This document shows, one piece after another, positions 1 to 9,521 of a stretch of DNA of 48,370 nucleotides (the stretch's first letter is position 1; each line of letters starts with the position of its first letter). The position numbers and the translations under genes are program-made. The notes under the pieces were generated by a model. The model had not been told where the DNA came from and did not search any database. It was given only the letters and a program-made list of their open reading frames with translations. Origin of the DNA: Desulfonema limicola (GTDB lineage Bacteria; Desulfobacterota; Desulfobacteria; Desulfobacterales; RPRI01); NCBI GenBank assembly GCA_020723255.1, contig DYJH01000001.1:14201-62570 (forward strand). Reading direction: 5' to 3'.

Positions 1-963
1 ATTAATGGGATAGCTAAAGAAAATATCTCTAAAGCAGATGTTTCCAAGATAGCGCTTGAAAAACCGGTAAAAATAGAAAGCAGAACTGATGAATTGCCGA
101 TGGATGTGAAAACGTCCATAGACCATATTATAGAAAGAGCGGTAGCGCCTGGTGAAAAGTTTGAACTCAAATTGATCGGGCCGTCTCTTACAATGCTTAA
201 ATCGGGAAATTTAAAGATAGAAAAGAAAATAGATAACATCGGTCAAAATTCTGAAGGCAACAACGTTACTGATTCGGTAAAAAAAGCCGAGAAGAAAATT
301 TTTGATCAGGGCAATGAGAATATCAGAAATTATGATTTAGCACGACGGGAGAGTATGAATAAAATTTCAGATGCTAATGAAACGCCTTCTAATAAAAAGG
401 ATGCCAATTCCGAAAAAGACCCGAAAGATATAAAGGCAAAAAATACTGATATTATTCATGATGGAGCTTCTTCAATTAAGTTTGAAACTTTGTCATCAGT
501 ATTGAAGATCCGGTCTGCCGATAACCTGCCACCGGCAAATACGATAGAAATGTTGGGGAAACAGATTTCAAACTCTGTAGCAAGGGGAGATAAGGTTATC
601 AGTCTGCAATTAACTCCTCCTGAGCTTGGCACCATTAAATTATCAATAGAGATCAAAGACAATTCATTACGAATAGGAATGCTGACAGAAACTTCTACAG
701 CAAAGGAAATTCTGCTTACAAACTCAAATGATTTGAAACATGTACTTGCTAATTATGGCATAAAACTGGACAGACTCGATGTGCTGGTCAATCCTAATTC
801 GGGGCATTCCCTAACAGATTCAAACTATGGGTTCGGTCAGGAATATAAGCAGCATAAGGAAACCGGCAGCAGCCTGCTTTCAGACGCTGATGCTAAAGAA
901 GATATTTCTCCTGATTTTACAAAAAGAGCGGTTAAAAACTATTTAGTGGATTTAACGGCATGA
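1..963 (+). CDS. fliK: Flagellar hook-length control protein FliK, 5' end outside the window
   Basis: The frame is open from base 1. C-terminal Flg_hook motif LQLTPPELGTIKL, low-complexity N-terminal part, directly upstream of flgD. Confidence 0.88.
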   Translation: MNGIAKENISKADVSKIALEKPVKIESRTDELPMDVKTSIDHIIERAVAPGEKFELKLIGPSLTMLKSGNLKIEKKIDNIGQNSEGNNVTDSVKKAEKKIFDQGNENIRNYDLARRESMNKISDANETPSNKKDANSEKDPKDIKAKNTDIIHDGASSIKFETLSSVLKIRSADNLPPANTIEMLGKQISNSVARGDKVISLQLTPPELGTIKLSIEIKDNSLRIGMLTETSTAKEILLTNSNDLKHVLANYGIKLDRLDVLVNPNSGHSLTDSNYGFGQEYKQHKETGSSLLSDADAKEDISPDFTKRAVKNYLVDLTA

Positions 964-1007
964 TAAAATATAGCAAAACCCTGAAAACATAAATAAGAGA
1001 GGTGGTT

Positions 1008-1424
1008 ATGATATTAGACTCAATAGGAAAAAACTATGCCCCATCAAGCGCTGCCAGCAACAATTCGCCGGCGTCTGCAAATGCTAACATGCAAATGGGT
1101 GAAAATGATTTTTTAAAATTACTGGTTACCCAGCTTAGGTATCAAGACCCGTTAAACCCTATCCAAAACCAGGATTTTACTGCTCAATTGGCGCAGTTCA
1201 GCAGTCTTGAGCAGCTAACCAACATGAATTCAACACTTTCTGAAATGCAAAGTTCTCTAACGTCAAATAAAAATGATAACATCTTAGATTATATTGGTAA
1301 AACAATCATAACAAGCGATGGTAATACCGGAGAAGTAACCGGCATCAGTTATAAGGACGGCAATCCATACCTGATGGTAGGCGAAAACAAGGTATCACCG
1401 GATAATATTTTGGAAATCAAATAA
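1008..1424 (+). CDS. flgD: Flagellar hook capping protein FlgD (short form)
   Basis: FLKLLVTQLRYQDPLNP and AQLAQFSSLEQ motifs. ATG 1008 follows GAGAGG (the ORF track starts at GTG 1002). Confidence 0.95.
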   Translation: MILDSIGKNYAPSSAASNNSPASANANMQMGENDFLKLLVTQLRYQDPLNPIQNQDFTAQLAQFSSLEQLTNMNSTLSEMQSSLTSNKNDNILDYIGKTIITSDGNTGEVTGISYKDGNPYLMVGENKVSPDNILEIK

Positions 1425-1454
1425 AATAATAACAAACAATAAGGAGGAAAACGT

Positions 1455-3128
1455 ATGTCAATATCAAGCGGACTTTTTTCAGGAATAAGCGGGCTTAACG
1501 CCATGGGAAACGAAATGACGGTTATAAGCGATAATATTGCCAATGTAAACACTGTAGGTTTTAAAGAAAGCAGAGTAACTTTTCAGGACGTTTTGAGCCA
1601 GACAGTTGCAACGACCACAGGTTCTGCGCAGGTGGGACGCGGTACCTCTCTTGCGGATATTTCAAGCAGTTTTTCGCAGGGATCTTTTGAATCCACAGAT
1701 TCAAGCACCGATCTTGCCATAGGCGGATCAGGCTTTTTTACTTTAAGAGATGACGATTCTTCCAGCAACAATGTTTATTATTCAAGGGCAGGAGAATTCC
1801 GGTTCGATAAAGACGGCAATTTTGTAAATCCTGCAAATTATATTGTTCAGGGTTGGAAACTAAATGAGATAACCGGACAGGATGAGGGATCATTAACAGA
1901 CATAAAATTATCTTCATTTACATCATCCCCGACCGAAACAGATAAAATGTCAATGATTATGAATCTTAACTCCGGATCAGTCGACAGTTCGGCCAGCGGG
2001 GAAACCACGAACATAACCGGAGCGGCAAGTAGTGGGGCGCCTAATCTTATCCGCATTACGGCAACAGGGCATGGTTATCAGACAGGCGATACGGTCAATA
2101 TATCAGGGGTTGTCGGGACAACAGAAGCAAACGGAACATGGGTTATAACACGCATCGATGCCGATACTTTCGATTTGGAGGGAAGTACGTTTGCAAACGC
2201 TTATACATCGGGCGGCGCTTCAAACTTACCCAATACAGCCCTTTCTTCGGTATGGAACGGATCTGCTTCTGACGGCATATACCTTCCGGATGACAAATAC
2301 TCATACCAGACAGCTCTTAAGGTGTATGACTCTCTTGGCAGTACCCATGATATAACAATATATTTTGATAAAGGCTCGTCGACCACCGATCCGGTATGGG
2401 AATATATCGTAACAGTAAATCCTACAGAAGATTTAAGAACAGTTGCCGATGCGACTCAGAAAGGGCTTTTGGCCAGAGGAACCATAGAATTCAACGGAAC
2501 ATCAGGGGTTATCTCCGGAGGCGCTAGCAGTATAACCTGTTCGCTGAACGACGGAGACGGCACATGGACGGCTCTGACCAATAACGATGCCATTGATAAC
2601 GGAGGATATTTTGTATTTAATCCCGAATTTATAGCTGATTCTGAAATGGGCATCAAACTTGATTTCGGAGCCCGTTTCAACGGCACTACGTGGGCAAACG
2701 ACGCCTTAACCACAACACAGTATGCTACTGCCTCAACCACAACCTTTCAGTCGGCAAACGGGTATGGAGCTGGCGCTCTTCAGTCGGTAAGCGTTGCCAC
2801 AGACGGTGTTATTACCGGCAAATATTCGAATGGCCAGGTGCTTCCTCTATACAGGTTGGCACTGACAAAGTTTACGAATGATCAGGGATTGTATAAAGTC
2901 GGGGGCAGTCTTTTCAGCCAAACATTATTAAGCGGAGAACCGACCACCGGTAAACCCGGCAGAGACGGGTATGGAAGTCTCTCTCCCAATTCTCTTGAAC
3001 AATCGAATGTTGATCTTGCAACGCAATTTGTCAGAATGATTACCACACAGCGAGGTTACCAGGCAAATTCCAAAACCATTACGACTATCGATCAGATGTT
3101 GTCGGATCTGATTAATTTGAAACGATAG
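1455..3128 (+). CDS. flgE: Flagellar hook protein FlgE with an inserted domain
   Basis: N-terminal SDNIANVNTVGFK, YSRAGEF, C-terminal LEQSNVDLA..QRGYQANSK. SD AAGGAGG. Confidence 0.96.
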   Translation: MSISSGLFSGISGLNAMGNEMTVISDNIANVNTVGFKESRVTFQDVLSQTVATTTGSAQVGRGTSLADISSSFSQGSFESTDSSTDLAIGGSGFFTLRDDDSSSNNVYYSRAGEFRFDKDGNFVNPANYIVQGWKLNEITGQDEGSLTDIKLSSFTSSPTETDKMSMIMNLNSGSVDSSASGETTNITGAASSGAPNLIRITATGHGYQTGDTVNISGVVGTTEANGTWVITRIDADTFDLEGSTFANAYTSGGASNLPNTALSSVWNGSASDGIYLPDDKYSYQTALKVYDSLGSTHDITIYFDKGSSTTDPVWEYIVTVNPTEDLRTVADATQKGLLARGTIEFNGTSGVISGGASSITCSLNDGDGTWTALTNNDAIDNGGYFVFNPEFIADSEMGIKLDFGARFNGTTWANDALTTTQYATASTTTFQSANGYGAGALQSVSVATDGVITGKYSNGQVLPLYRLALTKFTNDQGLYKVGGSLFSQTLLSGEPTTGKPGRDGYGSLSPNSLEQSNVDLATQFVRMITTQRGYQANSKTITTIDQMLSDLINLKR

Positions 3129-3141
3129 ATCTGTTCCAAAG

Positions 3142-3181
3142 TAGGGCGGTTGCCAATATCTTGACATCCGCCCTATTCTTT
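3142..3181 (+). terminator. Probable intrinsic terminator after flgE
   Basis: Stem TAGGGCGG/CCGCCCTA followed by TTCTTT, starting 14 nt after the stop. Confidence 0.65.
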
Positions 3182-3295
3182 GACAACAACGCCCCGCAAG
3201 AAATAGCAATCCTTCTCCCCAGCCGCTTATATATAACATAATGTAATTTCAAGCCTATTTTAAGTTATTAAATATCTCCCCGAACTTTGCCTTAT

Positions 3296-3311
3296 TGGCA
3301 TAAAGGTTGCT
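3296..3311 (+). promoter_or_regulatory. Sigma54 (-24/-12) promoter of the motA-fli-flh operon
   Basis: TGGCATAAAGGTTGCT, exact GG-N10-GC spacing, 75 nt upstream of motA. Confidence 0.8.
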
Positions 3312-3385
3312 CAGCATCATAAGCGAGGACTGATTTTGATTAGTTTTTATGTGATCATCAAACTTAAATGAAGTTGTAAGATATT

Positions 3386-4135
3386 ATGGATATAGCAACG
3401 ATATTGGGTATTTTTTCAGCGTTCGGGCTTGTATTTATCGCCATTTTCATTGGAGGAGGAATTAAACTTTTTATAGATGTGCCGGCATTAATGATTGTTG
3501 CTGGAGGCACGCTAGGGATTGCAATGATTAATTATCCTCTAAGCCAGATTCTTGGTGTTTTCAAAGTGGTAAAAAATGCATTTTTTACCGATAACACAGC
3601 GAGCGAGGGGCTTATTCGCATGTTTGTCGGTTTTGCCAACAAAGTGAGACGGGAAGGGCTGCTCGCACTGGAAGAAAATCTTGCCATATTGAAAGACGAG
3701 TTTTTGAAAAAAGCTATTCAACTTTCAATAGATGGTCTGGAGCCGCGTGAGATAAAAAATATTTTGGAAACAGAAATTGATTTTATACGAAGCCGCCACA
3801 GTCTGGGGGCAGAAATCTTTACAACCATGGGAACCTTTGCGCCTGCTATGGGCATGATAGGTACTCTGATCGGGTTGATTCAGATGCTTCAGTCTATGGA
3901 TGATCCTGGCAAAATTGGGCCTTCTATGTCTGTTGCCCTGGTTGCTACTTTTTACGGATCTATCATGGCCAATATTATTTGCCTTCCTATTGCCGGAAAA
4001 TTAAGGACAAGAAGCAAGGAGGAAATACTGACCAAAGAGATGGTAATTCAAGGTGTTCTGTCTCTTTCAAATGGTGATAATCCAAAAATTCTCGAAGAGA
4101 AACTAAATGCATTCATACCGGGCAGCCGGCGATAG
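3386..4135 (+). CDS. motA: Flagellar stator protein MotA/PomA
   Basis: RREGLLALE, APAMGMIGTLIGLIQML, ALVATFYG motifs. Confidence 0.96.
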   Translation: MDIATILGIFSAFGLVFIAIFIGGGIKLFIDVPALMIVAGGTLGIAMINYPLSQILGVFKVVKNAFFTDNTASEGLIRMFVGFANKVRREGLLALEENLAILKDEFLKKAIQLSIDGLEPREIKNILETEIDFIRSRHSLGAEIFTTMGTFAPAMGMIGTLIGLIQMLQSMDDPGKIGPSMSVALVATFYGSIMANIICLPIAGKLRTRSKEEILTKEMVIQGVLSLSNGDNPKILEEKLNAFIPGSRR

Positions 4136-4145
4136 CAGTGAGTTT

Positions 4146-4880
4146 ATGAACGGAACAAGGAAAAACAGCGGGCATGATATGGCAAGAGAAGTCGTAATGT
4201 CTATAACGATCTCATTGTTTATAATTATTATGACATTTTTTATTTTGCTCAATTCCATGTCTATAGTTGATCAAAACAAAAAACGTGCAGCAATAGAGTC
4301 TCTGGCTAACTCGTTTGGAAGATCTTCGGATAATTCATTTTCTTCTTCGCTTCCAGAGGCCGGACAAAAGAAAAACACTGAAAGGCTCATGGCCGGGATA
4401 AATAAAAATATAAACGAGGATGTTGATATGAAAACCGGAACAAACAGAGAAGTACTTACGATAGGAGAAAAAGCTCTGTTTTATCCGAACAGGCACGAGC
4501 TTAAACCTGAGTCATTCGCTCTGCTGAAAAAAGTGGGGGATTTTATCAATCAGGGAAACCATCCGGTTTTGATCGTAGGGCATACGGACAATCGTGATGC
4601 ACAGGAAAAGAAATATAGTTCCAACTGGGAACTTTCAAGTTTGATGGCCGTTCAAATACAAAAATATTTCATAAAAGAATGCAAGATTAAGCCCGACAGA
4701 ATAACAGCTTACGGAGATGGAAGTCAGCAGCCGGCGGCTTCAAATGATACTCCTGAATCCAGACAGAAAAACAGAAGAATTGAAATAATATTAATAGGCG
4801 ATTTGCCAATTAAAAGGGTGTATTCCGAATCGCCGTCCGGAAACTTTACATATAAGAGATTTAGCTTCAATGTTTACTGA
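4146..4880 (+). CDS. motB: MotB-like OmpA-domain stator protein lacking the canonical TM Asp
   Basis: Single TM plus OmpA motifs GHTD, SNWELS, NRRIEI. ATG 4146 chosen because it lies after the motA stop. Confidence 0.8.
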   Translation: MNGTRKNSGHDMAREVVMSITISLFIIIMTFFILLNSMSIVDQNKKRAAIESLANSFGRSSDNSFSSSLPEAGQKKNTERLMAGINKNINEDVDMKTGTNREVLTIGEKALFYPNRHELKPESFALLKKVGDFINQGNHPVLIVGHTDNRDAQEKKYSSNWELSSLMAVQIQKYFIKECKIKPDRITAYGDGSQQPAASNDTPESRQKNRRIEIILIGDLPIKRVYSESPSGNFTYKRFSFNVY

Positions 4881-4881
4881 T

Positions 4882-5529
4882 ATGAGAAGAAACAGAATAG
4901 AAACAAATGACGATACCGCCATAAAACCAGTTGCATGGAAGGTGACATTCACTGATCTTATCATGCTTATCACTAGTTTTTTTATCATGGTGTTTACAAT
5001 GTCTTCAATAAACCAGAAATCTCTTAAAGACACTTTCAATTATTATAAAAAAGCGATCGATGGGTCAGCACATTCCGGCTACAAAAGATATGCGGCGTAC
5101 GGAAATATTAAAGCAGCTCTTAAAAATATCAGCAGTTCTATCGACATAAAAGAAGATGAAAGAGGGATTGTGTTGTCAATTCATGAAAACATGCTTTTTG
5201 AGCCCGGAAAATCCACAATAAAAAAAGAAAACTACCGGATACTTGATTGTATTGCTGATGCAATTGATTCCTGCTCGAATGAAATTATAGTCATGGGCCA
5301 TACCGATGATTTGCCTGTGCAGGTCGGAGAATACGAGTCTAACTGGGAAATGTCGATATATAAAGGTCTTTCTGTTCTAGATTACTTTGTTAAGAACAAG
5401 AATATGCCTCCCAGCCGGTTTCATGCCGGCGGCTATGGTGCGTTTCGTCCGTTGTTTCCCAATAACAGCTCCAAAAACAGGTCTCTTAACAGAAGAGTCG
5501 AAATAATATTCAAACATAAAGAGGTATAG
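4882..5529 (+). CDS. motB: Flagellar stator protein MotB (second copy, canonical)
   Basis: WKVTFTDLIML TM motif with Asp; GHTDD, SNWEMS, NRRVEI. Confidence 0.88.
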   Translation: MRRNRIETNDDTAIKPVAWKVTFTDLIMLITSFFIMVFTMSSINQKSLKDTFNYYKKAIDGSAHSGYKRYAAYGNIKAALKNISSSIDIKEDERGIVLSIHENMLFEPGKSTIKKENYRILDCIADAIDSCSNEIIVMGHTDDLPVQVGEYESNWEMSIYKGLSVLDYFVKNKNMPPSRFHAGGYGAFRPLFPNNSSKNRSLNRRVEIIFKHKEV

Positions 5530-5532
5530 CAT

Positions 5533-6054
5533 ATGGCGGAAGATATTAAAAACAATGAGGAAGCAAAGAAGGAGGAAAGTCCGGATAAACCCATCGGAAA
5601 ACCAATGATCAAGTGGATAATTATAGCATGCGCAGTTTTGGTTATCGGGATAGCCGGATTTTTCGGGTGGACTATTTTTTCTAAGAAAGGAGCAGATAAT
5701 AGTCATAAAACGGAGGCACACGAAGCCGAGGCAAAACAAAGTGGTGAAGAAGCCCGGGCTGTATATCCGTTTGACGCTTTTATAGTAAATCTTATGGACA
5801 GCTCAGGATCCGGTAAAAAATAACTTAAAATGGAGCTTGAGGTTGTAGGAGAAACGGGAATGAAGAAAGTGGAAACCTATAAAACTCAACTTAAAGACAC
5901 TATTTTAATGCTGCTTTCCAGCCGGTCCTTTGAAGAAATTAGCACTGTTGAGGGAAAGCTGGATTTGAAGCAGAATCTTTTAGCCCGCATCAATCAGGCT
6001 CTTGGCGAAAATGTCGTTTCAAGAATATACTTTACAGAATTTGTTGTGCAATAG
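5533..6054 (+). pseudogene. fliL: fliL interrupted by an in-frame TAA at 5821-5823
   Basis: ORFs 5533-5823 and 5830-6054 share a frame and join as FIVNL..GKK*LKMELE..IYFTEFVVQ. The stop replaces the Tyr of the usual YLK motif. Confidence 0.88.
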
Positions 6055-6062
6055 AGAAACCT

Positions 6063-6999
6063 ATGGCGAATATCTTATCACAAGATGAAGTTGATTCCCT
6101 ATTAGGCGGAATAGACGAGGGAAGCGTTGAAACGGAGACCAATGTTTCCGAACCTGGCGGTGCGGTTCCTTTATATGATTTCAGCAACAAAAGCCGCCCG
6201 GATCATCTTAGACTTCCGGGTTTGGGAATCGTAAATGAGCGGTTTATCAACCTTGTAAACGATAGTCTTCCGGGTGCTGTCGGGTCTGCGACAGATATAA
6301 GCATTGATGAAATTGATTCGGTCAAGTTCGGTGATTTCTGCCGGTCTCTTCCTGTGCCGACAAGCCTTAATATTTTTAAGATGGAGCCGCTTAAAGGTTT
6401 TGCTATGCTGGTTTTTGAAGGATGGCGTCAGCCATGTTAAACTGGAAGGTAAAAGTTTTACAACTATAGAAAAGAAAATCATCAGCCGGATTGTGGATAT
6501 TGTGCTGGCTGATTTCCAAAGAGCCTGGGCGGATATCAAGAATCTGAAGATGATTAACGCCCGTTCGGAAATGGATCCTCAATTTGCCGGCATTGCAAAA
6601 CCGACAGATATGATTATTGCTACAAAATTTATAGTAAATGTCGGTAACTTTACCGGAAGAATGACTATCTGCTTGCCATATGCTGTTATCGAACCGATTG
6701 GCGGAAAGCTAAAAGACAGCTTTCGGGGTGAAAAATTTGAGATAGATCAAACATGGCGGCAGCACATAGAAAGTAAAATTTGCGAATTGGACATCAGCTT
6801 AAGATGTACGCTGGGAAGGATAAAAATAACAAGTCGCGAATTTTTGGAGATGAAAAGCAATGATGTTTTACTTACTAGTCAGAAAGTTGATGATCCGGTT
6901 ATTCTCAGTATCGGCGAAAAAAACAAGTTTAAAGGATATGTGGGATCCATGAACAACAAGAAGGCGATAAGAATAGAAGAAACAATATATTCGGAGTGA
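6063..6999 (+). pseudogene. fliM: fliM disrupted by an internal deletion and frameshift near 6420
   Basis: N-terminal ILSQDEVDSLL in one frame; EGKSFTTIE, TICLPY and the SpoA domain in another. The LVD..FGG segment is missing at the junction. Confidence 0.87.
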
Positions 7000-7002
7000 A
7001 AA

Positions 7003-7338
7003 ATGGATGAATTTAATGACGATGGCAGAGCAGCCAATAATGGGTCACATGGTATAGAAGATCCAGGATTAAATCAAAGATATGACATTGATCTTATCCT
7101 AGATATCCCGCTTGAAATAAGGGTGGAGCTGGGACACGCCAAGATGCTCATAGACGATCTTCTCAAGTTGGGACAGGGGTCGGTTGTCGAATTGAATAAA
7201 CAGATCGGAGATCCGATAGATATCTTCATATGCGACAAGCTTATTGCTAAGGGTGAAGTTGTAGTAGTGGAAGACAAATTCGGTATTCGGTTAACGAATA
7301 TTGTAAGCCCAACCGAACGTGTCAAATCTTTGGGTTAA
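7003..7338 (+). CDS. fliN: Flagellar motor switch protein FliN
   Basis: LILDIPLEIRVELG, GEVVVVEDKFGIR motifs. Confidence 0.96.
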   Translation: MDEFNDDGRAANNGSHGIEDPGLNQRYDIDLILDIPLEIRVELGHAKMLIDDLLKLGQGSVVELNKQIGDPIDIFICDKLIAKGEVVVVEDKFGIRLTNIVSPTERVKSLG

Positions 7339-7349
7339 AGGATTAATGT

Positions 7350-7643
7350 ATGAACGGTGCATTTGAAGTCAACTTGTTAAGCACAGGATTAAAGACGGCG
7401 GCAATGCTTTTGATCGTGCTTGCAGCTTTAATATTAGCTCTCCATATTATGAAAAGGTTTTTATTTTTTCAAAAAGAGTCGAGCAAAGAGCAGCTCATCA
7501 AGGTTATTTCATCCATGCATTTGTCACCCAAAGAAAAAATTCAGGTTATTGACATATCAGGTCAAAGAATAGTCATTGGGATTACGCCAAGCTCCATAAA
7601 TTTTTTAGCAAAACTAAGTGACGGCAATGAGCAAAATGAATAA
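7350..7643 (+). CDS. fliO: Flagellar biogenesis protein FliO
   Basis: N-terminal TM plus LSPKEKIQVIDI..IVIGIT; lies between fliN and fliP. Confidence 0.88.
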   Translation: MNGAFEVNLLSTGLKTAAMLLIVLAALILALHIMKRFLFFQKESSKEQLIKVISSMHLSPKEKIQVIDISGQRIVIGITPSSINFLAKLSDGNEQNE

Positions 7644-8442
7644 ACGTAAAGCTGCTGTAAAACTTATTCGGTCAAGAAAAAAGAATTTAAAAAATATTTT
7701 ATTTTGTACGGTTGTTTCGGTTGTATTGCTTTTATCGGCAGTAAACGGCGCAAGTGCAGCCGGCATTGCTTTACCTTCATTACGTATAGGAGTTGAATCC
7801 GGAGATAATCCGGAACAAGTATCAGTACTGATGCAGATCCTTTTTTTGTTGACAGTTCTTAGCCCCGCACCGGCAATTTTGATAATGATGACGCCTTTTA
7901 CAAGGCTGGCCATAGTTTTTTCCTTTTTGAGGCAGGCGCTTGGAACCCAGCAGACTCCGTCCAATCAGATCATAGCGGGTCTGTCGCTTTTTCTGACTTT
8001 TTTTATAATGATGCCGCAATGGCAGGAAATCAACAATAATGCACTGCAACCGTATCTTGAAAAAAAAATTTCCCAGGAAACAGCCCTTAAAGAAGCTGCG
8101 ATTCCGATTCGTAAATTCATGTTTAAACAGACACGGGAAAAAGATTTAGCCATATTTGTGAAAATGTCCAAAGCCGAAAAGCCGAAATCACCGGAAGACA
8201 TTTCGATGACAACCCTTATACCCGCATTTGTTATAAGCGAGCTTAAGACTGCTTTTATTATCGGTTTTGTGCTGTTTGTCCCTTTTTTGATCATTGATAT
8301 GGTTGTAGCGAGCGTTTTGCTGAGTATGGGAATGATGATGCTTCCGCCAATTCTTATATCTCTGCCTTTTAAACTCATGCTTTTTGTCTTAGTTGACGGA
8401 TGGAACCTGATAGTCGGTTCAATGATAAAAAGTTTTATTTAA
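7636..8442 (+). CDS. fliP: Flagellar export gate protein FliP
   Basis: LRQALGTQQTP, PAFVISELKTAF, SLPFKLMLFVLVDGW. Exact start uncertain (7618-7636). Confidence 0.96.
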   Translation: MNKRKAAVKLIRSRKKNLKNILFCTVVSVVLLLSAVNGASAAGIALPSLRIGVESGDNPEQVSVLMQILFLLTVLSPAPAILIMMTPFTRLAIVFSFLRQALGTQQTPSNQIIAGLSLFLTFFIMMPQWQEINNNALQPYLEKKISQETALKEAAIPIRKFMFKQTREKDLAIFVKMSKAEKPKSPEDISMTTLIPAFVISELKTAFIIGFVLFVPFLIIDMVVASVLLSMGMMMLPPILISLPFKLMLFVLVDGWNLIVGSMIKSFI

Positions 8443-8456
8443 GGAGATGAAAGCTG

Positions 8457-8726
8457 ATGACATCTGAATTTGTACTTAATTTTATTCAGGAAGCAATCAA
8501 AACTACTATACTGGTTTCTATGCCGGTTCTTCTCATAGGGCTGGTGGTAGGCCTTATTATCAGTATTTTCCAGGCTGTAACTCAAATTCATGAAATGACG
8601 CTTACATTTGTGCCGAAAATACTTGCGATATTACTAGGACTTATCGTTTTCGGAGGATGGATGCTGGAGCATATGACAAGCTTTACGATAAACACTATTG
8701 AACAGATACCAAATTACATAAGGTAA
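8457..8726 (+). CDS. fliQ: Flagellar export protein FliQ
   Basis: FQAVTQIHEMTLTFVPK motif. Confidence 0.97.
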   Translation: MTSEFVLNFIQEAIKTTILVSMPVLLIGLVVGLIISIFQAVTQIHEMTLTFVPKILAILLGLIVFGGWMLEHMTSFTINTIEQIPNYIR

Positions 8727-8735
8727 AAAAGCCAT

Positions 8736-9518
8736 ATGGATTTGCTTAACATAGAACACAATGAAATCAAAATATTTCTTTCTATATTCATAAGAGTAGG
8801 GGTTATTTTATTTATTATGCCCTTCTTTAATTCAAGAGTTATACCGGTTCTTGTAAAAGCAGGGTTAGCGATTATATTGGCGTTGATACTTTATCCTGTG
8901 AGCGGTCCTTATACAGGAGTATATCCTGAGACTACGCTGGGGATTATTAACCTGATTATCGGAGAGTTTATTATAGGAATGATTTTAGGATTGCTGGTCA
9001 ATTTTTTCTTTGAAGGCATACGTATCATGGGACAACTGGCCGGATTGGAAATAGGGTTTTCAATTGCAAATGTTTTAGACCCTCAAAGCGGCTTTCAGAC
9101 TTCGGTTCTTTCCAATATGGCTTATTTAACCGCTATAGTACTTTTTCTTATTTTAAACGGACACCATATAATATTGAATGCAATCAGGGAAAGTTTTGCA
9201 ATCATACAGCCGGGATCCGCATCACTAAGCAAGCAGGTTTTTCAGGAAGTTTTGCGCAGGTCAGGAGAAATGTTTGTCATATCCATTCAAATAGGCGCAC
9301 CCGTAATTTCAGCTATTTTATTTATTCAGCTCGCATTCGGCCTTATAACCAGACTTATACCACAGATGAATGTTATGGTAGTCGCATTTCCCGTGCAGAT
9401 AGCAACCGGTCTGGTTTTTTTCGGCATATCCCTGTGGGTAATGCTGCGCTTTATAGAAAAGTATATAGGAAATATGGACAAACAGCTTATTAATATGATG
9501 TATTGGATTAGAGGGTAA
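8736..9518 (+). CDS. fliR: Flagellar export protein FliR
   Basis: Multi-TM protein with LNGHH and RLIPQMNV motifs, between fliQ and flhB. Confidence 0.95.
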   Translation: MDLLNIEHNEIKIFLSIFIRVGVILFIMPFFNSRVIPVLVKAGLAIILALILYPVSGPYTGVYPETTLGIINLIIGEFIIGMILGLLVNFFFEGIRIMGQLAGLEIGFSIANVLDPQSGFQTSVLSNMAYLTAIVLFLILNGHHIILNAIRESFAIIQPGSASLSKQVFQEVLRRSGEMFVISIQIGAPVISAILFIQLAFGLITRLIPQMNVMVVAFPVQIATGLVFFGISLWVMLRFIEKYIGNMDKQLINMMYWIRG

Positions 9519-9521
9519 ATC

